NCBI GenBank assembly: GCA_049974095.1
Contig: JBMFJD010000004.1
Coordinates: 30,001-62,000 of the forward strand
Source: Nanopusillaceae archaeon
GTDB taxonomy: Archaea > Nanobdellota > Nanobdellia > Nanobdellales > Nanobdellaceae
Reading direction: 5' to 3'
Length of the DNA stretch: 32,000 bases
The notes under the pieces were generated by a model, which searched no databases, was not told where the DNA came from, and saw only the letters and a list, made by a program, of their open reading frames with translations. Each line of letters begins with the position of its first letter. Positions within the stretch are counted from its first letter, which is position 1. Shown piece by piece: positions 1 through 6,875 of this stretch. Both the position numbers and the translations under genes were made by a program.

Positions 1-95
1 ATTGTTATTACAATAGTACAAATATTATTTGCAATTTGGATGAATCAGAATATATTTACCCATTAAGTTAAAAATTTTTTTATTAAAAATTTTTT

Positions 96-1367
96 ATGAA
101 ATATGTAAAAGTTAAAACAAAAGATAACAAAATATTTGAAGGAATTTTAGTTAACGAAACACAAGAATTTATTATAATAAAATTAAAGAATGGATATAAT
201 ATTGGTATAAAAAATGAAGATATTGAAAATATTGAAAGAAAAGAAATTGAAGAAGAGAAAAAACAAAGGGATATAAACGTACCTAAAAGGGAAAATAAAA
301 TATCTGTAATAGCCACTGGAGGAACAATTTTATCTAGAATTGATTATAGAACTGGAGGAGTACATATGCTAACAAAACCTGAAGAATTGATAGATCTCGT
401 ACCAGATTTGTTGGATTATGTTGAAATAAAAAAATTAGAAAGACCATTTTCAATTGCTTCAGAAGATATGATACCTGATAATTGGATAGAAATTGGAAAA
501 ATTGCTATAAATTTATTAAAAGATGATATTAAAGGAATTACAATATTACATGGAACAGATACTATGCATTATACATCTGCAGCTTTATCATTTATTATAA
601 GAAATCTAAATAAACCAATAAGTTTAACTGGATCTCAAAGATCTTCAGATAGACCATCTTCAGATGCTTTTTTAAATTTATTATCTTCAGCAATTTATGA
701 TAATTCAGATATTGCTGAAGTAGCAATTGTAATGCATGAATCTCCTTCAGATAATTTTTCTTATGCACATAGAGGAACAAAAGTTAGAAAAATGCATACT
801 GAAAGAAGAGATGCTTTTCAATCAATAAATGATTTACCTTTAGCAAAAATATATCCATTAGAAAGAAAAATAGAAATAATGAATAAAAATTATAGAAAAA
901 GAAATAATGAAGAACCATATCTTGACTATAAATTAAATAAAAAAGTTGCTTTAGTAAAAGCATATCCAGGTTCTGATCCAGATATTTTAAAATATTATAT
1001 AGATAAAGGATATAAAGGAATTATAATTGAAGGGACTGGATTTGGACATGTTCCAACAACACCTGCAGATATTAAATATTCTTGGATTGAAAATATAAAA
1101 TATGGAAGAGAAAAAGATGTTATATTTGTTATGACACCTCAAACAATATTTGGAAGAGTAAATCCTTTTGTATATAGCAATGCAAGATTATTATATAATT
1201 TAGGAGTAATATATGCAGAAGATATGACTCCAGAAACAGCATATGTAAAGTTAATGTATGTTCTAGGACATACAGAAAATTATGAAGAAGTTAGAAAAAT
1301 GTTTTTAACAAATATTGCTGGAGAAATAAATAGAAAAAGCTTATATGAATTTTTTAATGAACAATAG
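96..1367 (+). CDS. gatD: Glutamyl-tRNA(Gln) amidotransferase subunit D (asparaginase-like GatD)
   Basis: 423-aa ORF. The GatD-type N-terminal domain is followed by the type-I asparaginase signatures ISVIATGGTI and HGTDTM. GatD is the archaea-specific partner of the non-discriminating GluRS, which is also in this window. Confidence 0.88.
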   Translation: MKYVKVKTKDNKIFEGILVNETQEFIIIKLKNGYNIGIKNEDIENIERKEIEEEKKQRDINVPKRENKISVIATGGTILSRIDYRTGGVHMLTKPEELIDLVPDLLDYVEIKKLERPFSIASEDMIPDNWIEIGKIAINLLKDDIKGITILHGTDTMHYTSAALSFIIRNLNKPISLTGSQRSSDRPSSDAFLNLLSSAIYDNSDIAEVAIVMHESPSDNFSYAHRGTKVRKMHTERRDAFQSINDLPLAKIYPLERKIEIMNKNYRKRNNEEPYLDYKLNKKVALVKAYPGSDPDILKYYIDKGYKGIIIEGTGFGHVPTTPADIKYSWIENIKYGREKDVIFVMTPQTIFGRVNPFVYSNARLLYNLGVIYAEDMTPETAYVKLMYVLGHTENYEEVRKMFLTNIAGEINRKSLYEFFNEQ

Positions 1368-1683
1368 ATCCTTCTTTTATATCTTTATCTACAGTTATTA
1401 ATGATAAATTTCCATTTCCATCTTCTGCAGCTAAAAGCATTCCCTGAGATTCTATTTCTCTAAATATTTTTGGTTGTAAATTATATACAATAACTATTTT
1501 TTTATTCAATAAATCTTCCTTTTTATACCATTGTTTTATTCCAGATACAATTTGTCTTATTTCTCCTCCAACATCTACTTTCAAAATATATAATTTATCA
1601 GCATTCGGATGATCTTGTACATCTATTACTTTTCCTATCTTTAATTCTATTCTTTTAAATTCATCAATTGTTACATATTCCAT
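1354..1683 (-). CDS. Stand-alone tRNA-binding OB-fold protein (Trbp111/CsaA/EMAP-II-like)
   Basis: 109 aa. IELKIGKVIDVQDHPNADKLYILKVDVGGE..RQIVSG matches the MetRS C-terminal/Trbp111 domain pattern. It converges on gatD with a 14-nt overlap. Confidence 0.8.
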   Translation of the reverse strand: MEYVTIDEFKRIELKIGKVIDVQDHPNADKLYILKVDVGGEIRQIVSGIKQWYKKEDLLNKKIVIVYNLQPKIFREIESQGMLLAAEDGNGNLSLITVDKDIKEGSIVH

Positions 1684-1712
1684 TTAAAATTATTTCTAGA
1701 AATTATTTATAA

Positions 1713-2654
1713 ATGGATAAAGTCAAAGATATTAAAGTAAATAAGGAAACAAAATTGAAAGATTTAATAGAAGAATTTAAATATACGGGAGGATTTCAAG
1801 CACAGGAGTTATATAGAGCATATGAAATATTGAAAGAAATGCTAAACGATAATAATACAATAAAAGTATTAAGTTTTCCTGCAGATATAATTGCTACAGG
1901 AATTAGAGGATTAATAAAGGATATAATAAAAAATAAATTGTTTGATATAATTATTACAACAACAGGTACATTAGATCATGACATTGCAAAACTAGTAAAA
2001 GATTACTATTTAGGATATTTTGATTCTAATGATGTTAAATTAAGAGAAGAAGGAATTCTAAGATTAGGAAATATATATATTCCCGAAGAAAATTATGGAT
2101 TAGCAATAGAAAACACTTTAAGGCCAATATTAGATGAAATATTTAAAGAATTAAAAGAAAAAAATAGAAAAACAATTGGAACATATGAATTGATATGGGA
2201 AATTGGAAAAAGATTAGAAAAATATGAAAGAAAAGAAGAAAGCATAATTTATTGGTCTTATAAAAATAACATACCAATAATAGTACCTGGAATAACTGAT
2301 GGAGCTGTTGGAACACAGATTTTAATGAAAGAATATGAATATCCTGATATACAGGTATCTGTATGGGAAGATGAAAAATTTTTAGCATCAAAATTCTTTG
2401 GAGAGAAAAAAGTTGGAGCATTAATATTGGGAGGAGGTATATCTAAACATCATACAATATGGTGGGCACAATTTTCTGGAGGATTAGAATATGCTATATA
2501 TATTACTTCAGCAACAGAATTAGATGGTAGTTTGTCTGGTGCAAAAACAAAAGAAGCAATAACATGGAAAAAAATAAAGAAAAGCGCAAAACATGTAAAT
2601 GTATGGGGTGATATAACAATAATTTTACCATTACTAATTTTTGATTTTCTATGA
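1713..2654 (+). CDS. dys: Deoxyhypusine synthase
   Basis: 313 aa. The GGFQAQEL start region, TTTGTLDHD and ILGGGISKHH motifs are characteristic of the DHS family, which modifies aIF5A. Confidence 0.87.
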   Translation: MDKVKDIKVNKETKLKDLIEEFKYTGGFQAQELYRAYEILKEMLNDNNTIKVLSFPADIIATGIRGLIKDIIKNKLFDIIITTTGTLDHDIAKLVKDYYLGYFDSNDVKLREEGILRLGNIYIPEENYGLAIENTLRPILDEIFKELKEKNRKTIGTYELIWEIGKRLEKYERKEESIIYWSYKNNIPIIVPGITDGAVGTQILMKEYEYPDIQVSVWEDEKFLASKFFGEKKVGALILGGGISKHHTIWWAQFSGGLEYAIYITSATELDGSLSGAKTKEAITWKKIKKSAKHVNVWGDITIILPLLIFDFL

Positions 2655-2716
2655 TTTAAAATTTTTCTATAATTAATTTTATATGGAAGAAATAAAATAT
2701 TTTAATTATATGAGAT

Positions 2717-3217
2717 TTGCAAAAAATGTTAGTAGAAAATATATTTAATAAAGAAGAATTTTTAAATGGATTAAATAATACAATAGAATTTTGTAGAAAA
2801 AATAATATTCCAATAATATTTACAAAAATAACACCATTTCCAAATGGATTTGAACCAAAAGTTTATACAAAAATGAGATGGAAAGAAGAAATTAAACCAG
2901 AAATGCTGGAATTATATATAAAACCGGATGAAAAAGATATAATAATAAATAAAAATACTTGGAGTTTATTTGTAGGAACAAATGTTGAATTATTATTAAG
3001 AAACTCTGGAAGGAATGTAATATTATTTACAGGTATTGCAACAGAAATTGGGGTAGAAACATCAGCAAGACACACATATGCATTAGGATTTACTCCAATA
3101 ATAATTGAAGATGCTGTATCTTCTTACGATAAAGAAGGACATATTAGATCATTAGAAAATATGAGAAAATTTTTCCTAGTAATAAAATCCAATGAATTAG
3201 AAAAATATATAATCTGA
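2717..3217 (+). CDS. Isochorismatase/nicotinamidase-fold protein, apparently catalytically degenerate
   Basis: 166 aa. [28 protein letters not shown] and INKNTWSLF align by eye to the cysteine-hydrolase family core. The longest ORF starts at TTG 2717; the first ATG is at 2726. Confidence 0.6.
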   Translation: MQKMLVENIFNKEEFLNGLNNTIEFCRKNNIPIIFTKITPFPNGFEPKVYTKMRWKEEIKPEMLELYIKPDEKDIIINKNTWSLFVGTNVELLLRNSGRNVILFTGIATEIGVETSARHTYALGFTPIIIEDAVSSYDKEGHIRSLENMRKFFLVIKSNELEKYII

Positions 3218-3264
3218 TTACCCTCTTTTCATCATTTTTCAGTCGACATCGATATCTTCATAAT
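3211..3264 (-). ncRNA. C/D box sRNA candidate (2'-O-methylation guide)
   Basis: Minus-strand read: ATGAAGA(C)-TATCGATGTCGA(12 nt)-CTGA(D')-AAA-ATGATGA(C')-AAAGAGGGTAAT(12 nt)-CAGA(D). The 12-nt guide spacing is the canonical archaeal architecture. The candidate is antisense to the stop codon and 3' flank of the 2717..3217 CDS. Confidence 0.5.
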
Positions 3265-3355
3265 ACTATTTTTATTAAAATTAAAAATAAATATATATTT
3301 GTCGCACCTTCCAATCAATGAGGAATACCGAGTATGAGGCTGGTGATACTGTGGT

Positions 3356-3622
3356 TTATATTATTCTTCTCTCTTTTTGTTCTAAAGACGAATATTCTTG
3401 AGCAAGTTTAATTAACTCTTCAGATAATTTTATTATTCCTTTATCAAATTGAATCTCTTTTCTTATTTCTTCATTTATTTTAGTAGCATTCCTTTCTTTA
3501 TTTTCTTTTCTTGCTAATTTCTTTTCTTCTTTTACTAATTTTGATATTTCCTTTACTATCTTTTCCATATCTTCAATTACTTGCAATTTTGTTCTTCCTA
3601 CTCTCTGTAATCTATTTACCAT
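3356..3622 (-). CDS. Hypothetical small K/E-rich coiled-coil protein
   Basis: 88-aa ORF with heptad-like charged composition. I recognise no family. Confidence 0.45.
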   Translation of the reverse strand: MVNRLQRVGRTKLQVIEDMEKIVKEISKLVKEEKKLARKENKERNATKINEEIRKEIQFDKGIIKLSEELIKLAQEYSSLEQKERRII

Positions 3623-3653
3623 AACATTATGAAAATTTTTAGAATATATAAAT

Positions 3654-4385
3654 CTATAACCAAAATCCCTTTATTTTTCCTTTTTGCCAATCATATAAAA
3701 TAATTCTAGAAATCTTTTTTATCCATTCTTTATCTTTAATGTTATACTTTTCTCTTAATTTTATAAACAAATCTTTTATATTCTCTATTTTTATATTATA
3801 TGCTTCTTCAAATGGTCCTTTACCAATATGTTTATATAAATAAAATACTGCTTTTTTGGGAAATTCTATTTTTTCAACCCTTATTGCTCCTAATATTGCT
3901 AATAAGTATTTATCTTTAGAAACTATAATACCTGGAGAATCTATTAAGTAAAACCTTCTAGATAATTTTACAATTTGCAATCCTTTTGTAAATCCAGGAA
4001 TTGGTGAAGTTTTAGCTCTCTTTTTTCCAACTAATAAATTTATTATTGATGATTTTCCAGTATTCGGATATCCAAACAATCCAATATATACCTTTTCTTT
4101 ATCTTTTGCCATATCTTTTATTACTTTTCTTAATCTTCTACTTCCTTTTCTAGTTTTAGAAGATATATAAACTGTAGGATATTCCTTATTAAATTCATCC
4201 ATTACTATTTCTATAAAATCTTCAGAAACTAGATCAGATTTATTTAAAACTAATATTAGCTTCTTATTTTTATTTACAATATAATTTTCAATAGAATTTA
4301 TTCTACATAATTTTGGAAATCTGGAATCAAGGATTTCAAGAAGGATATCAGATTTATCTATAAGATTTTTTATTTTATTATCCAT
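3654..4385 (-). CDS. Circularly permuted GTPase (YlqF/RbgA/Nog2-like ribosome biogenesis GTPase)
   Basis: 243 aa. The motifs appear in permuted order: G4 LNKSDL comes before G1 GYPNTGKSS and G3 DSPG. Confidence 0.8.
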   Translation of the reverse strand: MDNKIKNLIDKSDILLEILDSRFPKLCRINSIENYIVNKNKKLILVLNKSDLVSEDFIEIVMDEFNKEYPTVYISSKTRKGSRRLRKVIKDMAKDKEKVYIGLFGYPNTGKSSIINLLVGKKRAKTSPIPGFTKGLQIVKLSRRFYLIDSPGIIVSKDKYLLAILGAIRVEKIEFPKKAVFYLYKHIGKGPFEEAYNIKIENIKDLFIKLREKYNIKDKEWIKKISRIILYDWQKGKIKGFWL

Positions 4386-4472
4386 AGTATAATATTTAAT
4401 TAAACTAAAAATAAATTTTCTAATATTAAAAACTATTAGAAGATTTATAAACTAATAAAATAATATAATAAT

Positions 4473-4670
4473 ATGGCAGCAAGAAGAGGAAAAACATTAA
4501 AAGAAGTTTTATTAGAATTATTAAGCACTCCAATGACAATAGATGAATTAGTAAAAGCAGTTAAATCTAAAAGACCAAGGACAAGAGTAAGAGTTGTAAA
4601 GGCATTAGTATCAAGACTAGTAAAAGAAGGATCATTAAAAAGATCAGGAGATAGAATACAAAAAGCCTAG
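4473..4670 (+). CDS. Small basic winged-helix-like protein, function unknown
   Basis: 65 aa, rich in R/K/A/V (MAARRGKTLKEVLLELL..MTIDELVKAV...LVKEGSLKR), with an HTH-like pattern. The family is not identified. Confidence 0.45.
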   Translation: MAARRGKTLKEVLLELLSTPMTIDELVKAVKSKRPRTRVRVVKALVSRLVKEGSLKRSGDRIQKA

Positions 4671-4671
4671 A

Positions 4672-4725
4672 AGATCAGCTTTTTATTTTTCTTCATTTTA
4701 TCTGAAGAACCGATGTTCATCATTT
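4672..4725 (-). ncRNA. C/D box sRNA candidate
   Basis: Minus-strand read: ATGATGA(C, 4723-4717)-ACATCGGTTCTT(12 nt)-CAGA(D')-TAAA-ATGAAGA(C')-AAAATAAAAAG(11 nt)-CTGA(D, 4678-4675). A TTTTATAAAA element lies about 25 nt upstream on the same strand. It is antisense to the 3' flank of the 4473..4670 CDS. Confidence 0.55.
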
Positions 4726-4881
4726 ATTATTCAAAGATCATTTCTTTTATAAAATAATATCTATTAAAAATTTTATATAATATATGTTTATTTCAATATA
4801 TTAGATCTAAAATAAAAATGAACATTTCCAAATAATTCTCTGAATAATTTTTATTATATTTATGAGAATAATAAAATATTC

Positions 4882-4889
4882 TTTAAAAT
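4882..4889 (+). promoter_or_regulatory. TATA-like box upstream of tRNA-Ala
   Basis: TTTAAAAT is centred about 25-26 nt upstream of tRNA position +1 (4911). The AT-rich background limits specificity. Confidence 0.3.
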
Positions 4890-4910
4890 TCTTCTACAAT
4901 TCAAATTATA

Positions 4911-4982
4911 GGGCCCGTAGTCTAGTGGCAGGATGTCGGCCTGGCTAGCCGGAGATCCCGGGTTCGAATCCCGGCGGGTCCA
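4911..4982 (+). tRNA. tRNA-Ala (anticodon GGC)
   Basis: Hand-folded cloverleaf: acceptor GGGCCCG/CGGGTCC with the G3:U70 alanine identity pair, anticodon loop CTGGCTA, T-arm CCGGG-TTCGAAT-CCCGG, discriminator A. No encoded CCA and no intron. It forms a GC-rich island in AT-rich DNA. Confidence 0.93.
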
Positions 4983-4987
4983 TTTTT
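4983..4987 (+). terminator. Oligo-T tract directly after tRNA-Ala
   Basis: TTTTT immediately follows the discriminator base, which is the usual archaeal termination signal. Confidence 0.35.
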
Positions 4988-5012
4988 AAATAAACAAATA
5001 TCCTTAGTACTT

Positions 5013-5432
5013 ATGGAATCTTGGTATATATATGCAATATTAGATTCCTTATTTGCAGCATTTGCAGCAATATTTGCAAAAATTGGTTTAGAAAATGTTA
5101 ACTCATTAACTGCTGCAGCAATTAGATCTATATTTATGATGGTTTTTATATTAATAATTGCTTTATCTCTTGAAAAATCATCATTTTTTACTTCTTTTTC
5201 TTCAAAAAATATTATATTTATTATATTAAGTGCAATTGCTGGTGCATTATCTTGGATATTCTACTTCTTAGCCCTTCAAAAAGGAGATGTTGTTCCTGTA
5301 GCAGTAATAGATAGATCCAGTATTCTATTTGTTATAATTCTATCTATATTATTATTAAATGAAAACCTATCTACAAAAACAATTATTGCATCTATATTTA
5401 TAGTTATAGGTATATATTTGCTATCGATTTAA
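5013..5432 (+). CDS. Single-domain EamA/DMT-superfamily membrane protein (half-size transporter)
   Basis: 139 aa with 4-5 hydrophobic helices. The N-terminus YAILDSLFAAFAAIFAKIGL is typical of the EamA domain. Only one EamA repeat is present. Confidence 0.6.
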   Translation: MESWYIYAILDSLFAAFAAIFAKIGLENVNSLTAAAIRSIFMMVFILIIALSLEKSSFFTSFSSKNIIFIILSAIAGALSWIFYFLALQKGDVVPVAVIDRSSILFVIILSILLLNENLSTKTIIASIFIVIGIYLLSI

Positions 5433-5466
5433 ATTTTTATATCTAAAATTTAGATATTATCTTATA

Positions 5467-5537
5467 GCACCCGTCGTCTAGTGGCAGGATGCGGGCCTTC
5501 CAAGCCCGCGGCCCGGGTTCGAATCCCGGCGGGTGCA
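5467..5537 (+). tRNA. tRNA-Gly (anticodon UCC)
   Basis: Acceptor GCACCCG/CGGGTGC, anticodon stem CGGGC/GCCCG, loop CTTCCAA, 4-nt variable loop, and a T-arm identical to that of tRNA-Ala. No CCA and no intron. It is followed by TTTT. Confidence 0.92.
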
Positions 5538-5573
5538 TTTTAACTTATTAATTTCAAAGATTTTCTAAAAAAT

Positions 5574-6875
5574 ATGGATATTATTGTTGGGAGATCTTTA
5601 GATGATTTGGAAAAATATGGTTTTCTAGGAACAATTTATATTGGAAAAGAATATATAAAAATGGAAAATACATTATCACTAGCAAATAAAATTTATTTAG
5701 ATGTTAATTTACCTCATTTAATATTAATTGCCGGAAAAAGAGGACAAGGAAAAAGTTATACCTTAGCATCATTATTCGAAAGTTTATCTTTATTAGAAAA
5801 AGATTTATTAGAAAACTTTTCTGGATTAATATTTGATACAATGGGTATATTTTGGACTATGAAATTTCCAAACTATAGAGATGCAGAATTATTAGAAAAA
5901 TGGGATTTAAAACCACAATCTGTTCATAATGCTAGGATTTTAGTACCTAAAGGATTATTAGACGAATATAGAAAAATAGATATGCCAATAGATGACGTTT
6001 TTGAATTAAATCCAGCAGATTTATCTGGGATAGAATGGGCATTAGCATTTAACTTAGATCCTTCTTCATCAATTGCATTATATATACAAAGAATAATAAA
6101 GAAAATGAAAGAAAACTCTAATGGATATTCTATACAAGATATAATAAATTATACAGAAAAACTAAATATTGATAGTAAAATAAAAAATGCAATAATAACA
6201 TATTTTGATAATGCAGATAGTTGGGGGTTATTTTCTGAAAAGTCAGAAACAATAAAAAATTTAGTAAAACCTGGATATATAAATATTTTAGATATATCTT
6301 TATATACTGCAATAACTGGTGGATGGTCTATAAAAAATTTAGTAATAGGGTTGGTTGCTAAAAAAATATTTTACCAAAGATTAATATATAGAAAAGTAGA
6401 AGAATTAGAAGAAATATATATATCAAAAGAATTAGGAACAAGAAAATTTCCATTAATTTGGATGGCAATTGATGAGGCACATGAAGCAATACCAAATGAT
6501 TCTATTACTCCAGCAACAGAACCTTTAATACAAATAATAAGAGAAGGAAGACAGCCAGGAATTACTTTAGTATTAGCAACACAACAACCTGGAAAAATGC
6601 ATACCGATGTTATAACACAAAGTGATATCGTAATTTCTCATAGACTAACTGCAGAGAATGATTTAAAATCATTAAATGAAATAATGAAAAACTTTACAGC
6701 ACAAGATATTGATATTTATATGAATGATAATCTACCAAAAAGAAAAGGTGCTGCGTTGATTTTAGATGATAAATCTGAAAGAATATATCCTGTACAAATA
6801 AAACCAAGATTTTCTTGGCATGGAGGAGAGGATCCTACATTAATTAGAAAAAGATTATGGTTAGAATACAAGTAA
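5574..6875 (+). CDS. HerA/FtsK-superfamily P-loop ATPase (DUF87-like)
   Basis: 433 aa. Walker A is AGKRGQGKSYT (nt ~5733-5756), Walker B is LIWMAIDEAHE (nt ~6461-6485), and the REGRQPGITLVLATQQP...ISHRL block is typical of HerA/VirB4/FtsK pumping ATPases. The segment before the P-loop is only about 50 aa. Confidence 0.78.
   Translation: MDIIVGRSLDDLEKYGFLGTIYIGKEYIKMENTLSLANKIYLDVNLPHLILIAGKRGQGKSYTLASLFESLSLLEKDLLENFSGLIFDTMGIFWTMKFPNYRDAELLEKWDLKPQSVHNARILVPKGLLDEYRKIDMPIDDVFELNPADLSGIEWALAFNLDPSSSIALYIQRIIKKMKENSNGYSIQDIINYTEKLNIDSKIKNAIITYFDNADSWGLFSEKSETIKNLVKPGYINILDISLYTAITGGWSIKNLVIGLVAKKIFYQRLIYRKVEELEEIYISKELGTRKFPLIWMAIDEAHEAIPNDSITPATEPLIQIIREGRQPGITLVLATQQPGKMHTDVITQSDIVISHRLTAENDLKSLNEIMKNFTAQDIDIYMNDNLPKRKGAALILDDKSERIYPVQIKPRFSWHGGEDPTLIRKRLWLEYK

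Noticed and set aside
1-66. An open frame running in from the left edge (IVITIVQILFAIWMNQNIFTH-stop), possibly the hydrophobic C-terminus of an upstream membrane protein.
   Set aside because: Only 21 codons are visible. That is too little sequence to support a call.
2683-2748. A short ATG ORF ([21 protein letters not shown]) upstream of, and out of frame with, the isochorismatase-like gene. It might be the remnant of a frameshifted N-terminus.
   Set aside because: Its translation shows no similarity to the family's N-terminal strand. In contrast, the in-frame [12 protein letters not shown] segment of the main ORF does occupy that position. A frameshift is therefore not needed to explain the gene.
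3243-3254. The guide of the 3211-3264 sRNA might target the 23S peptidyl-transferase loop, because it contains UCGAUGUCG.
   Set aside because: The match is in the same sense as the rRNA motif CCUCGAUGUCGG, not complementary to it. Pairing would require G.U wobbles, including at the predicted methylation position, so I do not claim this target.
3296-3358. An H/ACA sRNA interpretation: a hairpin followed by ACA in GGTGCGACAAAT on the minus strand.
   Set aside because: The upper stem would be only 4 bp with a 3-nt loop. There is no convincing pseudouridylation pocket or K-turn/K-loop, and the ACA overlaps the putative lower stem. I kept it only as an unexplained GC-rich element.
4790-4880. A possible third-strand C/D-like string: ATGAACA ... 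CTGA ... TATGAGA.
   Set aside because: The boxes deviate at several positions from RUGAUGA, the spacers are 15-17 nt rather than ~12, and there is no terminal D box. This is consistent with chance in AT-rich DNA.
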